Positions 18,941 through 28,264 of a stretch of 64,000 bases of DNA are shown piece by piece. Position numbers and translations under genes: made by a program. The notes below the pieces were generated by a model. It searched no databases. It saw nothing but the letters and a program-made list of their open reading frames with translations, and was not told the DNA's origin. Each line of letters opens with the position of its first letter. The stretch's first letter is position 1. The DNA is from Solirubrobacterales bacterium (GTDB lineage: Bacteria; Actinomycetota; Thermoleophilia; Solirubrobacterales; 70-9). The stretch spans positions 3,374 through 67,373 of the forward strand of contig JAOPZF010000188.1 of NCBI GenBank assembly GCA_025964255.1. Reading direction: 5' to 3'.

Positions 18941-20102
18941 TCCATCGGGGGCAGATTCTAGGTTGACAGGCGTGGATGCGATTTCTCTCTTCTCGGGAGC
19001 TGGCGGCCTCGACCTCGGTTGCGAGGCGGCGGGTTTCGACACGCTCGCAGCCGTCGAGTGGGATGAGACTGCGCGGAGGACGATGCTCGCTAACCGCTCG
19101 GAGTTCTTCCCGCAGCTGCGGGAAGAGGCGGTGTTCAGCGACATCCTCGAGACGGAGCCGCAGGATCTGCTGGAGCGGAGCGGCCTCGAATCAGGAGAGG
19201 TGTCTCTGTTGCACGGTGGGCCTCCATGCACCCCCTTCTCCAAGTCCGGCTATTGGCTCGCCTACAAGCGCGCGGGAGAAGACCCGCGGGCAAGTCTGCT
19301 CGACGAGTACATCCGCATGCTGCGAGGCGTTCAGCCGAAGGCGTTTCTCATGGAGAACGTTTACGGGTTGGCCTATCGGAACCAGAATCGCGCGGTGCTC
19401 GAGCGATTCCTGCAAGCGGCGCGGGCCGCCGGTTATGTCGTCGAGTTTCGGATCGTCCTCGCCGCGGATCTCGGCATCCCACAGCTTCGGCAGAGGCTCT
19501 TCTGCGTCGGTATCCGTCGTGATCTCATCTCAGGCTCCTCAAGAGGCTGGGAGTTCGAGTGGCCAGAGCCGACGCACTCAGGCCCGCATGAGACGCGAAC
19601 CGGCTGGAACGAGAACTTGCCGGTCCACGTCAGCGCTGGCCAGGCGCTTGCGTCACTGCCCGACGAGATCAATCCGCCCGAGCCGGAGGAGGTCGTCGAC
19701 GGCACCTATGCCGATGCTCTTCACGCAGTTCCTGCCGGCGAGAATTACCTCTTTTGGACTGCCGAGCGCGGGCACAAGGCACCGCAGTTCAAGTGGCGGT
19801 CGCGCTACTGGAGCTTCCTGTTGAAGCTCCACCCGGACAAGCCGTCCCCCACGATCCAAGGGCAACCGGGTCCTTGGGTTGGGCCATTCCATTGGGACAG
19901 CAGGCGCCTGCGAGTCGCTGAGGTCAAGAGGCTGATGACTTTCCCTGACGACTTCACGGTCCTGGGATCTCGACGGGAACAACAACTCCAGCTCGGCAAC
20001 GCAGTCCCCCCAGACCTCGGGCGAGCGATTGCGGCCGCGATCGCCGACGAACTGAGGTGCCTCGATTCTGCGCCCTCACCGGAACTTGCGCTGGCCGCTT
20101 AG
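18918..20102 (+). CDS. dcm: DNA (cytosine-5)-methyltransferase
   Basis: Motif I ISLFSGAGGLDLG, motif IV GGPPCTPFS, motif VI FLMENV, QLRQR, motif X GNAVPP. Start is either ATG 18918 (overlaps the vsr 5' end) or GTG 18972. Confidence 0.9.
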   Translation: MIGRLALIPSGADSRLTGVDAISLFSGAGGLDLGCEAAGFDTLAAVEWDETARRTMLANRSEFFPQLREEAVFSDILETEPQDLLERSGLESGEVSLLHGGPPCTPFSKSGYWLAYKRAGEDPRASLLDEYIRMLRGVQPKAFLMENVYGLAYRNQNRAVLERFLQAARAAGYVVEFRIVLAADLGIPQLRQRLFCVGIRRDLISGSSRGWEFEWPEPTHSGPHETRTGWNENLPVHVSAGQALASLPDEINPPEPEEVVDGTYADALHAVPAGENYLFWTAERGHKAPQFKWRSRYWSFLLKLHPDKPSPTIQGQPGPWVGPFHWDSRRLRVAEVKRLMTFPDDFTVLGSRREQQLQLGNAVPPDLGRAIAAAIADELRCLDSAPSPELALAA

Positions 20103-20163
20103 GTAGCGGCGCGACCTGCCTGGCATCCTGAGTGCCGGAAGGTTGGGTTAGCTTTCCTGCGAC

Positions 20164-21234
20164 ATGGGGATCCGGTTCGAAGACCAGGCGCTACTTCTCG
20201 CTCTCGATGACGCGCTTGCGCTGGCGCGTTCAACCGAGGAGTTGCCTTCTCTCTGGGTCGCCCGCGTTGAACGTCTCGGTGGCCTAGGGATCAAGACCTA
20301 CATCGCGGCACTGGGCGGCGCCATGCTCGCCAAGGCGACCGATGCCCGGATCGACAGTCTCGCCCAGGACGAGGCGGCGGGCCCTCGCGGTTACAGCCTT
20401 CGGAGAGCTGCCGAGTTTCTCGCTCAGCAGAACAACGATCGATACGACTTGGGCGCGAAGGGACGTTGGCCCCTGAACAATCGGCCCTTCCTTGGCGGCC
20501 CGACCCGAATCGACGACTTCACGAAGATCTCGGGGAAAGCACGACCGGCCTACGAAGCCTTCCTCGACGCGCTCCGGGATCTCAATCGAATCGAGGGCGC
20601 CGAAGCTCTCGCGGTTCTGGCGGCGTTCCTTCGTGTGCGCATGGCCGTTCAAGAGGCCGAGCGAGAGGCGGCCCGCGCGGCCAGAAAGCTCGACAGCAAC
20701 GTCGCCCTCGAGGATCTCGTCGGCATGGCCGACCGATTTGTTCGGGCCGACCCGGAAGGCGGGAAACGCGCCCAGGCACTTGCCGCCGCAGTTTTCGACT
20801 GTGCGTTCGACGATGTTGAGCTCCAGCCCGTCAACAGCCCTCATCCGGGCGACGTTCGGGTTCGCTTGGACCAGGCGATCGTTCTCGCGGTGGAGGCAAA
20901 GCAGCTCCCGGTCAGTGAGGATGTGGCGTCCGAGCTTTCACGAGAGGCAGCCGGACTCGGCGCCGATCTGGCGTTGTTATTTGTGATCGCCGACAGACAC
21001 GCGCCTCTTGATCGTGATCGAGTCCAAAGAGATGCACTGCGCGACGACGGCACCCTTCTTCTTGTGTGCGAGAGCGTCCTGGAGCTGATTGCCTCGGCGG
21101 CGGTCCTTTCCGCGACGTCAGCGGCCCAGGTGGAGGCGGACCTTCCCGGCGGATTCGCGGTCCGAATGCGGGAGATCGAGGTCAGCAAGAACGGCCAGGA
21201 CGAGTGGAGACAACTAATCGAGTCACGATCCTGA
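20164..21234 (+). CDS. putative type II restriction endonuclease partner of the methyltransferase
   Basis: Lies immediately downstream of dcm. Possible PD-(D/E)XK core (PGDVRV...LAVEAKQ). No family recognised with certainty. Confidence 0.45.
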   Translation: MGIRFEDQALLLALDDALALARSTEELPSLWVARVERLGGLGIKTYIAALGGAMLAKATDARIDSLAQDEAAGPRGYSLRRAAEFLAQQNNDRYDLGAKGRWPLNNRPFLGGPTRIDDFTKISGKARPAYEAFLDALRDLNRIEGAEALAVLAAFLRVRMAVQEAEREAARAARKLDSNVALEDLVGMADRFVRADPEGGKRAQALAAAVFDCAFDDVELQPVNSPHPGDVRVRLDQAIVLAVEAKQLPVSEDVASELSREAAGLGADLALLFVIADRHAPLDRDRVQRDALRDDGTLLLVCESVLELIASAAVLSATSAAQVEADLPGGFAVRMREIEVSKNGQDEWRQLIESRS

Positions 21235-21367
21235 CGTTGCAGCATTGGCTCCAGTAGCCCGTGGATGATCCTTCTCGGAGGTGACTGCTGCCTTCGGGGC
21301 TGAGTCATGCCAGCGCACGGAGCAACCGGGTCACTCACTTGGAGGTCGCCTGGCTCTCCCAAGCCGC

Positions 21368-23068
21368 TCAAGCGCTCCAGCCTTTTACCGCGAGTCTGGC
21401 AAGTTCGCTGGTACGTCTTTCGATGATGGCCTTCGTCCAACTCTTACGTTTCAATGCTTCGGTGGTAAGGGGCGTTTGTTGCCCAAAGGACCGAATTCGC
21501 TGCTTCTTCATCGCCCACTCCCTATTCGCCAAATCGTCATTGGCTCCAGATGGGCCGTCGACCAAAATAAGATTGCCGAGCATATAGGTGTACGAGGGAA
21601 GATCTTCCGCGGTAAATGCGGTCCATTGCCCTTCGGCCGGGGATCTCGGCAAGACGTGCTCGACCGTAAGCGTATCTCGCGGCTTCAGGCCCGACTTATT
21701 CGCGATCTTCTGGTACTCGAGTGCATAAAGGACTGCACGTGCACGTTTGTGCGAAGTTGGGCGGTCGAATGGGAATCGCTGAAATCGCGCCAAGAACTGT
21801 GCGTCACTGAGCGTAAGCATTTCCGTGTCGACGAAATGGGACTTGAGTTGCGGAACGGTAGTTATTGTCCGGCTCTGTATTCCCAGGGCGCCCCGTATAT
21901 AGGCCCGCTCCGCATCGCCCCCACCCGTCCGATCATCGACGAGCCCGCGCATTGACCATGCCGTAATTTTGAGCACCGCGCTACGTTGTCGGTTGCGTCC
22001 AGACTTCGTCGGTTTCTTGCCCGCAAGGTCTCGCATTACGGCAAGGAGCAAGTACCGAAGCTGTTTAAGTCCCAAGCCGTTGAGTAGCTCTATGGCTTGT
22101 TGCGTGCCAGGACCGATCTGATCCCAAAGCGCACTAGAGTCGCCTGGATCAGCGAGGCCGCGGTAGAGCTTGGCGTTCTCGATGAGTTCTTCGAGGGCCG
22201 CTAACGCATCGGTATTAGCGATAGCTGTTCGATAGTCCGTGAAGAATTCCGCTTTCGTAGTTCGACCGTAGCGAGACCCGAAATAGTGGAGGAGGAAACT
22301 CTCTAGATCGTCCTCGTATCGGCCGCTCGAATCCTTAAGCGCCCCGATGACTTCGTTCCACTTTAGGATCGCCAGGCCAGTGTCGGTTGCTCGCGAAATC
22401 AGGTGGCTCTTAACTAAGTCCCCGTTCGACAGTCGAACTCCGCGCGTATTTAAGGTCTCGAAAATGTTGTGTGCGTCCCTTGCGCGGACACGCAGGACGA
22501 CAACATAAGCCTCCTGACGAAGAAAGGTCCCCCATTGCTTTAGCCGGGCAAGTCGGGCGTCCGGTGAAGGTCTCGATTGAAGGTCCGCTTTCAGGTGGGA
22601 GGACAGGCGAGAGCGTGCGGCAACCAATCGTTTCGATGACTCCAAAGAATCGCCGCGTATTCCCGCGCGATTAAGCAAGACTTCCTGATCTTGGGGGCTG
22701 ATACGCAGCGGCACGGATGGGTTCTGCCGAAGGGCTGGAACGACTGCGGCCATAGCGTCGTTGGCAATCTGCGAATCGTGAGGTCCCGAAGCCTTTGCAT
22801 CCTCGATCTCGCTGAAGATCGACGAGGCGAACAGAAGCGTGGTGGCAAGCCGCTGTTGACCGTCTTGAATCTGGTCGTTGGTGTCGAGCACCACCAAGCC
22901 GAGGAAGTAGTCGTCGGGGGGGCGCGCATCCATGGCCCGCTTCAGGTCGGCCCAGAGCTCATCGATCTGCTGGCGCTTCCAGGCGAACGTGCGCTGGAAG
23001 GCGGGCGTCTCCAGTTCGCTCCCGTGATCGAGTAACTGGAGGATTCCCGTGCGTTCAGGAGAGGCCAA
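21368..23068 (-). CDS. GmrSD-type DUF262/DUF1524 protein (type IV modification-dependent restriction enzyme family)
   Basis: DUF262 motifs PAFQRTFAW and IQDGQQRLAT. C-terminal His-Me/DUF1524 motif TVEHVLPRS...LGNLILV. The ORF is open to 23371; TTG 23068 is preferred because DUF262 starts right after it. Confidence 0.75.
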   Translation of the reverse strand: MASPERTGILQLLDHGSELETPAFQRTFAWKRQQIDELWADLKRAMDARPPDDYFLGLVVLDTNDQIQDGQQRLATTLLFASSIFSEIEDAKASGPHDSQIANDAMAAVVPALRQNPSVPLRISPQDQEVLLNRAGIRGDSLESSKRLVAARSRLSSHLKADLQSRPSPDARLARLKQWGTFLRQEAYVVVLRVRARDAHNIFETLNTRGVRLSNGDLVKSHLISRATDTGLAILKWNEVIGALKDSSGRYEDDLESFLLHYFGSRYGRTTKAEFFTDYRTAIANTDALAALEELIENAKLYRGLADPGDSSALWDQIGPGTQQAIELLNGLGLKQLRYLLLAVMRDLAGKKPTKSGRNRQRSAVLKITAWSMRGLVDDRTGGGDAERAYIRGALGIQSRTITTVPQLKSHFVDTEMLTLSDAQFLARFQRFPFDRPTSHKRARAVLYALEYQKIANKSGLKPRDTLTVEHVLPRSPAEGQWTAFTAEDLPSYTYMLGNLILVDGPSGANDDLANREWAMKKQRIRSFGQQTPLTTEALKRKSWTKAIIERRTSELARLAVKGWSA

Positions 23069-23321
23069 TGTGCGGATCCTAAGGCGCGCTCCAGACGCGT
23101 CCCTCGCGTGCCCTGCCGGTAGTGTCGGGAAATGCCTACGTATATATTTGTAAACAGGTATGGAGACCGCTGGTGCGGAGTTGGGATAATTGTGACCATG
23201 CAGCGATGGAAGAACGAAGTTGCCCAGTCCATCGTCTATTCGGGCGAGAGTGATTGTCAGGGGGATCGCGCCTGCCTCGTGGAGGCAAGAGTTGTCTTGA
23301 AACCATTGCTGGAGGCCGACA

Positions 23322-26300
23322 ATGTCTACGACGCCCAGTCGCCCCCGAAAACCGGTTTCTAGGAAGAGCACAAAGGAGAAGTCAGGGTCGACCCGACTAC
23401 TGGCTGACCGCTACGCGCTGCCTGCTGATTTCCGCGAAGGCGGCATGGCCCGGGTCTACAAAGCTGTCGACCTACGGGCCGACAGCAGGATCGTCGCGGT
23501 CAAGATTCTCGACCGCCAGCCCGACGACGCCGCCGTCGCGATGGCCTTCGAGCGCGAGGCCAAGTCGCTTGAGAAACTGAGCCACCCCAACATCGTCGAG
23601 TTGCTCGACGCTGGGCGCGACGGCGAGGAGCGCTATCTCGTCTTCGAATGGATGGAGCAGACGCTCGCCTCGGCGCTGACCACGCCCCCCGGCTGGGAGG
23701 AGTACTTCCGCCGCTGGGGGATCCCGATCCTGAGCGGGCTCGCCCATGCTCACGGCGAGGCAATCGCCCACCGCGACCTTAAGCCTGCGAACGTCCTCCT
23801 CGACGCCGAGCAGCGCCCGCGGATCTCCGACTTTGGCATCGCCAAGATTGTTACCGGCTTCAACCTCGGGCACACCTTGCGCGCCTGGCACTCCGAGCCC
23901 TACACGCCCCCGGAGGCCGACGACGGCATCCACTACTACCAGCGCGACGTCCACGCCTTCGGCGTCCTCTCGCTCTTGGCCTTGACCGGCATCGACCCCG
24001 GAAGCGAGGAGTTCGCGAGCCCCTATGAGGCGATCGAGCGAGCGCTGGGGGAGCTCCAATGCCCCGAGGAGATCGCCGATCTGCTCGCCCGGTCCGTCGC
24101 CGAGGACTGGCATGAGCGGCCCGAGGACGGGGCGGTAGCCCTCGCATCGCTCGAGCAAATCCTCGGCCGCCGGCGGCGCAGCGAACGCGGACCGGGGCTG
24201 CCTCTCTACCTCGCCATCAGTGACAAGGTAGCCCGCTACCTGACCGAGGAGCGGGACCTGCGCACCGCCGCCGAGCAGGAGCGCCATCTGCTTGAGGAGC
24301 TTGAAGGCGGAGCCGCCGTGGGGGCGTTCCCGCAGGGTCGCTTCGATGACGGCAACTCGACCGAGGATCATTACCTTCTCTTCGTCGCGACGCTGCGGCT
24401 TCACGTGCTCGTTAACGGAGCCCGTGACCGTCTGCACGTGGTCGCCTGCCTGGCGATGCGGCCCTCCTACCTGGAGCGGGAGCGGGAACGCTCCTGCGAT
24501 GTCGAATTCGACTGGCGCTTCGGGTCCGCTCCCGCCGAGGAGGGCGGTGATGCGATAGCCGCCCTGGAACGCGAGGTTGAAGAGCACCGTTCCGCACGGC
24601 GGCTTGGGGGTCGCGACAGTGCCGACAGCCTGATCGGCCGTTGGCGCCGCCAGCTGATCGCAACCCGCGCCCTCGAGATGGAGGCTGTGGTCAGCGCCCG
24701 CTACAGAGAGCGCAGGATCGTCGGCCGCTCGATCGAATTTAGATGCCTCGAGGAAGTCCCAGAAGAGCTGCTCGGTGAGACGGTCGCCGACACGGCCGAG
24801 GGCGGGTTCGTGCGCGGCGAGGTGATCCTGATCGAGAGCCGCCGGGTGGTGATGCGGGTCGACGACGGCGACCCACGTGACGTGGCGGCTCAAGGGGAGC
24901 TCCGCACCGACACTGGGGGGATGACCGCCGCGATCAACCGCCAGCACCGGGCGCTCGACTCTCTGGACGAGGACACTGCCGCCCGCAAGGACCTGAAGAG
25001 TCTGGTGGTCGACCCTGCCCTCGCGCGCGCACCCGAGCCGCGCACGGTCACGGACTGGATCCAGGATGTCGACCAGGCGAAGAAGGAGATCGTCTGCCGG
25101 GCGCTTGGCACCGGCGACATCCTCCATGTCGAAGGGCCGCCCGGCACCGGCAAGACGACGCTGATCACTGAGTTAATTCTGCAGGCGCTGCGCGACGATC
25201 CTGATCGGCGGATCCTCCTGTCCGCGAAGACCAACGCCGCGCTCGACAACGTGCTCGAGCGGGTCGCCCAGAAGAATCCCGAGTTGAATCTGATCCGCGC
25301 CGGGCGGATCGATGACCCGCGGGTGTCGGAGGGCGCGGCCGGTTACCTGATCGAGCGCCAGGTGAGGCGCTGGCGCAAGAATGTTGAACGGCGAGGCCGC
25401 AAATTCCTCGCCGCCTGGGCCAAGGAGCGCTCAATCTCCCAGCGTGCGGTCGAGACCGCGACGCTCCTTGAGGAGCTTGCACGCCTCCTCGAGACCTCCT
25501 CCGAGCTCGAAGGCACGCTCCGGGCTCTCGAGCGCGAGCTGGCCCGCATGCGCGCCAAGGATGCCGGGACCGGAACCACCTCGGTGGAGGTGCTCGAGGG
25601 CTTGGTGGAGACGGAGTCCGAGCTGCGGACCCGCCGTAAAGATCTCCAGCATGACCGTGGCGAGCTGATCGATCGCCTGAGCGAGCTCGGTGCGGGAAGC
25701 AAGCGAGAAATTGGAGCGTCGGACCCCGCCGAGTTGCGCGGGCGGGCCCGCGCCGAGGTTCCGGAGCGAACACCCGAGGTCGAGCAATGCCAGCGCATGA
25801 TCGCGGTCCTGGCCGAGTGGCACGCACGCTTCGGCCGCGGCCAGGGCTTCAGTGGCGCCGCTCTCGGCCGGGCGCAGGTTGTCGCCTCGACCTGTGTCGG
25901 CTATGACGGCATTGACGGCGCGGCCGCGATCTCCTTCGACCTGTGCATCGTTGATGAGGCGTCCCAAGCGACGCCGCCGGAGGTCCTGATCCCGATGACG
26001 CGGGCCCGGTCCTGGGTCCTCGTCGGAGACAGCCGTCAGCTCCCGCCCTTCGCTCACCAGGCGCTGCGCGACCCCGAGGTGCTCGCCGAATACAACCTCA
26101 CCGAGGGCCAGGCGCAGGAAACTCTCTTTTCGCGCTGGGGCGCAGGACTCGGCACGGACTCCCGGGCGGCCCTGCGGCTCCAGCACCGCATGGCCCCGGC
26201 TATCTCGAAGCTGATCAGCCACTGCTTCTATGACGGGACTCTCGAAGATGCCGAGGTCGAGAGCCGCAAGGACGTCTTGAGCGCCCTGCCGGCACCGGTG

Positions 26301-26792
26301 ACCTGGTATTCGACGAGCGCGCTCGAGCACCGCTTCGAGCGCCGCGACGGGACGAGTTGGGTCAACAACCTCGAGACCGAGATCGCCCGCACGTTCCTTG
26401 GCGTGCTCGATCTTGCTGCCCGCTCTCCCCTGTCGGTCGCGGTCCTCAGCGGCTACGCGCCGCAGGTGGGCGCGGTCGAGCGGGCGCTCAGCGCATCGCG
26501 GTGGCGCCGACTGGTGGTGGACTGCAGCACGATCGACGCTTATCAAGGTCGGGAGAGCGACATCGTGGTCTACCTGGTCACTCGTTCGAACCCGGCCGGA
26601 AAGCTGGGCTTCCTAGGCGAGCGGCCACGTCTGAACGTGGCCCTTTCGCGTGCCCGCGAAGGCCTCGTGATCATCGGTGACCAGGAATTCATCGAACTTG
26701 CCCCGGGCGCCAATCCGTTCCGGCCGGTCCTCGCCCACATACGCGGTGCCTCGGACTCCGAATGCGCGATCGTGCCGGCGCCGCAGCCGTGA
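23322..26792 (+). CDS. Hanks-type Ser/Thr protein kinase fused to an SF1 (Upf1/DNA2-like, AAA_11/AAA_12) helicase
   Basis: Kinase: GGMARVYKA, VAVKIL, HRDLKPANVLL, DFGIAK. Helicase: Walker A GPPGTGKTT, motif II CIVDEASQA, VLVGDSRQLPPF, AYQGRESDIVV, LNVALSRAREGL, with a coiled-coil insert between motifs I and II. Confidence 0.85.
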   Translation: MSTTPSRPRKPVSRKSTKEKSGSTRLLADRYALPADFREGGMARVYKAVDLRADSRIVAVKILDRQPDDAAVAMAFEREAKSLEKLSHPNIVELLDAGRDGEERYLVFEWMEQTLASALTTPPGWEEYFRRWGIPILSGLAHAHGEAIAHRDLKPANVLLDAEQRPRISDFGIAKIVTGFNLGHTLRAWHSEPYTPPEADDGIHYYQRDVHAFGVLSLLALTGIDPGSEEFASPYEAIERALGELQCPEEIADLLARSVAEDWHERPEDGAVALASLEQILGRRRRSERGPGLPLYLAISDKVARYLTEERDLRTAAEQERHLLEELEGGAAVGAFPQGRFDDGNSTEDHYLLFVATLRLHVLVNGARDRLHVVACLAMRPSYLERERERSCDVEFDWRFGSAPAEEGGDAIAALEREVEEHRSARRLGGRDSADSLIGRWRRQLIATRALEMEAVVSARYRERRIVGRSIEFRCLEEVPEELLGETVADTAEGGFVRGEVILIESRRVVMRVDDGDPRDVAAQGELRTDTGGMTAAINRQHRALDSLDEDTAARKDLKSLVVDPALARAPEPRTVTDWIQDVDQAKKEIVCRALGTGDILHVEGPPGTGKTTLITELILQALRDDPDRRILLSAKTNAALDNVLERVAQKNPELNLIRAGRIDDPRVSEGAAGYLIERQVRRWRKNVERRGRKFLAAWAKERSISQRAVETATLLEELARLLETSSELEGTLRALERELARMRAKDAGTGTTSVEVLEGLVETESELRTRRKDLQHDRGELIDRLSELGAGSKREIGASDPAELRGRARAEVPERTPEVEQCQRMIAVLAEWHARFGRGQGFSGAALGRAQVVASTCVGYDGIDGAAAISFDLCIVDEASQATPPEVLIPMTRARSWVLVGDSRQLPPFAHQALRDPEVLAEYNLTEGQAQETLFSRWGAGLGTDSRAALRLQHRMAPAISKLISHCFYDGTLEDAEVESRKDVLSALPAPVTWYSTSALEHRFERRDGTSWVNNLETEIARTFLGVLDLAARSPLSVAVLSGYAPQVGAVERALSASRWRRLVVDCSTIDAYQGRESDIVVYLVTRSNPAGKLGFLGERPRLNVALSRAREGLVIIGDQEFIELAPGANPFRPVLAHIRGASDSECAIVPAPQP

Positions 26793-28111
26793 ATACCGCC
26801 GAGGTGGCGCGACGCTTCGCGGGCAGCCGCTCGGGCTTCACGCTGGTCGGGTTCGGCGAGGTCGGCATCCCCTTCTACCGGCTGAGCCTCCGGGCCCAGG
26901 TGCTTGAGAGAAAGCCGGTGCCCCCGATGGAGGAGATCGTGATGCTGGCCCTCGATTCGGGACTCGAGGAGCGCGGGACGATCCGCGGCCTTCTCGGACT
27001 CGATGGCGACCTCTTCGACGTGATCCTCGCCGAACTTCTGCGGAAGGAGGAGATCGCCATCCGCGGTACGGGAGACACGGGAGCGCTGCAGCTCACCCCC
27101 GCCGGGCGCGAGGTCCTCGAGTTGGCGCGGGAGATAGCTCCTGCCGACCGCCCGCTAGAGGTCCATTACGACGCCCTGTTGCGCGAAGTTGTGCCCTACG
27201 TCGCCGGCCTGATCGACGCCCGCAGGGTCGACTCGCTTGGACTACGCGAGATTCCGCCGGCGAGCGCACGACCACCGGAGCTCGGAGCCCTTGACCCCGA
27301 GGCTGTCCAGCGCGCGGTGATGGAAGTCCCGAGGGCGGACGCGGTGAGCGCGGACCTCCTCGCGCTACGGCGGATCGACCGCCGGACTCGTACCTTCCGT
27401 GGGGCGACGCTCCTCGTCTACCGAAGCGACGAGCGCAAGGAAGTTCAGGTGGCGCTCGTGCTTGACGGAGAGATCTCTGAAGCCCACGGCGCTGCCTTCT
27501 CCAGGGCCCGCCTGAACACGAAGTCCGGTGTCCGGGCATCGGCCATGGAGGACCCCGCTGAACTCTTTCGAGCGGCCTTCGGGCGCGACCCGGATCAGGA
27601 GCCAACACCCGGCGGGGACCGGCGATACCGGGATTTCGAGGCTCTCGACTGCTTCGAGCTACCCGGCCGATTGGCGCAGGCGTTGGAGGAGCCTCGCAAA
27701 CGGATCGTCCTAATCTCTCCCCGCCTCACGGAGAAGTCGCTCACCCCCGATCTCCTCGATTCCGTGCGCCATCGACTGGCAGAAGGCACGGAGATATCGA
27801 TCGGCATCGGTCCGGAGGCCCGGGGTCCTGCCGAACGGGACCTCGAACGCAAGCCTTGGCGTCAGCTCGACGAACTCTTCCGGGGATACCCGAACCTGAC
27901 GCTGCGACGGCTTCATCGCCCTGGACCGGCGATGCTGGTCATCGACCGAGAGCAGGCGATCCTTACGAGGCTCAACTGGCTGGGTCACGAGGGTGATCCG
28001 AACCGCAGCTTTGTGGACGAACGTGGCGTACTGCTGAACGATGTCAAGCTCATCGATTGGCTCGCAGCCGAGGCCCTCGCGCGGGTCTCCAGCCGCAGAG
28101 AATCCGCCTGA
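26789..28111 (+). CDS. partner protein: N-terminal domain of unknown function plus C-terminal PLD-like domain with a non-canonical HKD site
   Basis: GTG start overlaps the upstream TGA (GTGA at 26789..26792). The C-terminus RIVLISPRL...LRRLHRPGPAMLVIDREQAILTRLNWLG resembles the PLD-nuclease HxK(x)4D(x)6GSxN block, but H and K are not in the canonical positions. Confidence 0.6.
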   Translation: MNTAEVARRFAGSRSGFTLVGFGEVGIPFYRLSLRAQVLERKPVPPMEEIVMLALDSGLEERGTIRGLLGLDGDLFDVILAELLRKEEIAIRGTGDTGALQLTPAGREVLELAREIAPADRPLEVHYDALLREVVPYVAGLIDARRVDSLGLREIPPASARPPELGALDPEAVQRAVMEVPRADAVSADLLALRRIDRRTRTFRGATLLVYRSDERKEVQVALVLDGEISEAHGAAFSRARLNTKSGVRASAMEDPAELFRAAFGRDPDQEPTPGGDRRYRDFEALDCFELPGRLAQALEEPRKRIVLISPRLTEKSLTPDLLDSVRHRLAEGTEISIGIGPEARGPAERDLERKPWRQLDELFRGYPNLTLRRLHRPGPAMLVIDREQAILTRLNWLGHEGDPNRSFVDERGVLLNDVKLIDWLAAEALARVSSRRESA

Positions 28112-28264
28112 CAGGAAAAGAGAGGTCGGATCTCGGATGTCCTCCTGGATGGGGCACGAAATGGGGCACGGTGCCACGCAGATCCCAGCCGATCTCAGCC
28201 GAGTCCGATCTGCCAGGGATCCGCCAGGAATCCACCTCCACGTAGCCCAGCCGAGTCCCCGGGG

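Noticed and set aside
23138-23195. Attempt to assign -35/-10 hexamers (TTGTAA ... GATAAT) in the AT-rich stretch upstream of the kinase-helicase gene.
   Set aside because: The spacing between the candidate hexamers is about 31 nt, far from the canonical 16-18 nt. The region is reported only as AT-rich and probably regulatory.
23472-25127. 551-aa minus-strand ORF inside the kinase-helicase gene.
   Set aside because: It is antisense to a frame with clear kinase and helicase motifs. It has no recognisable domain.
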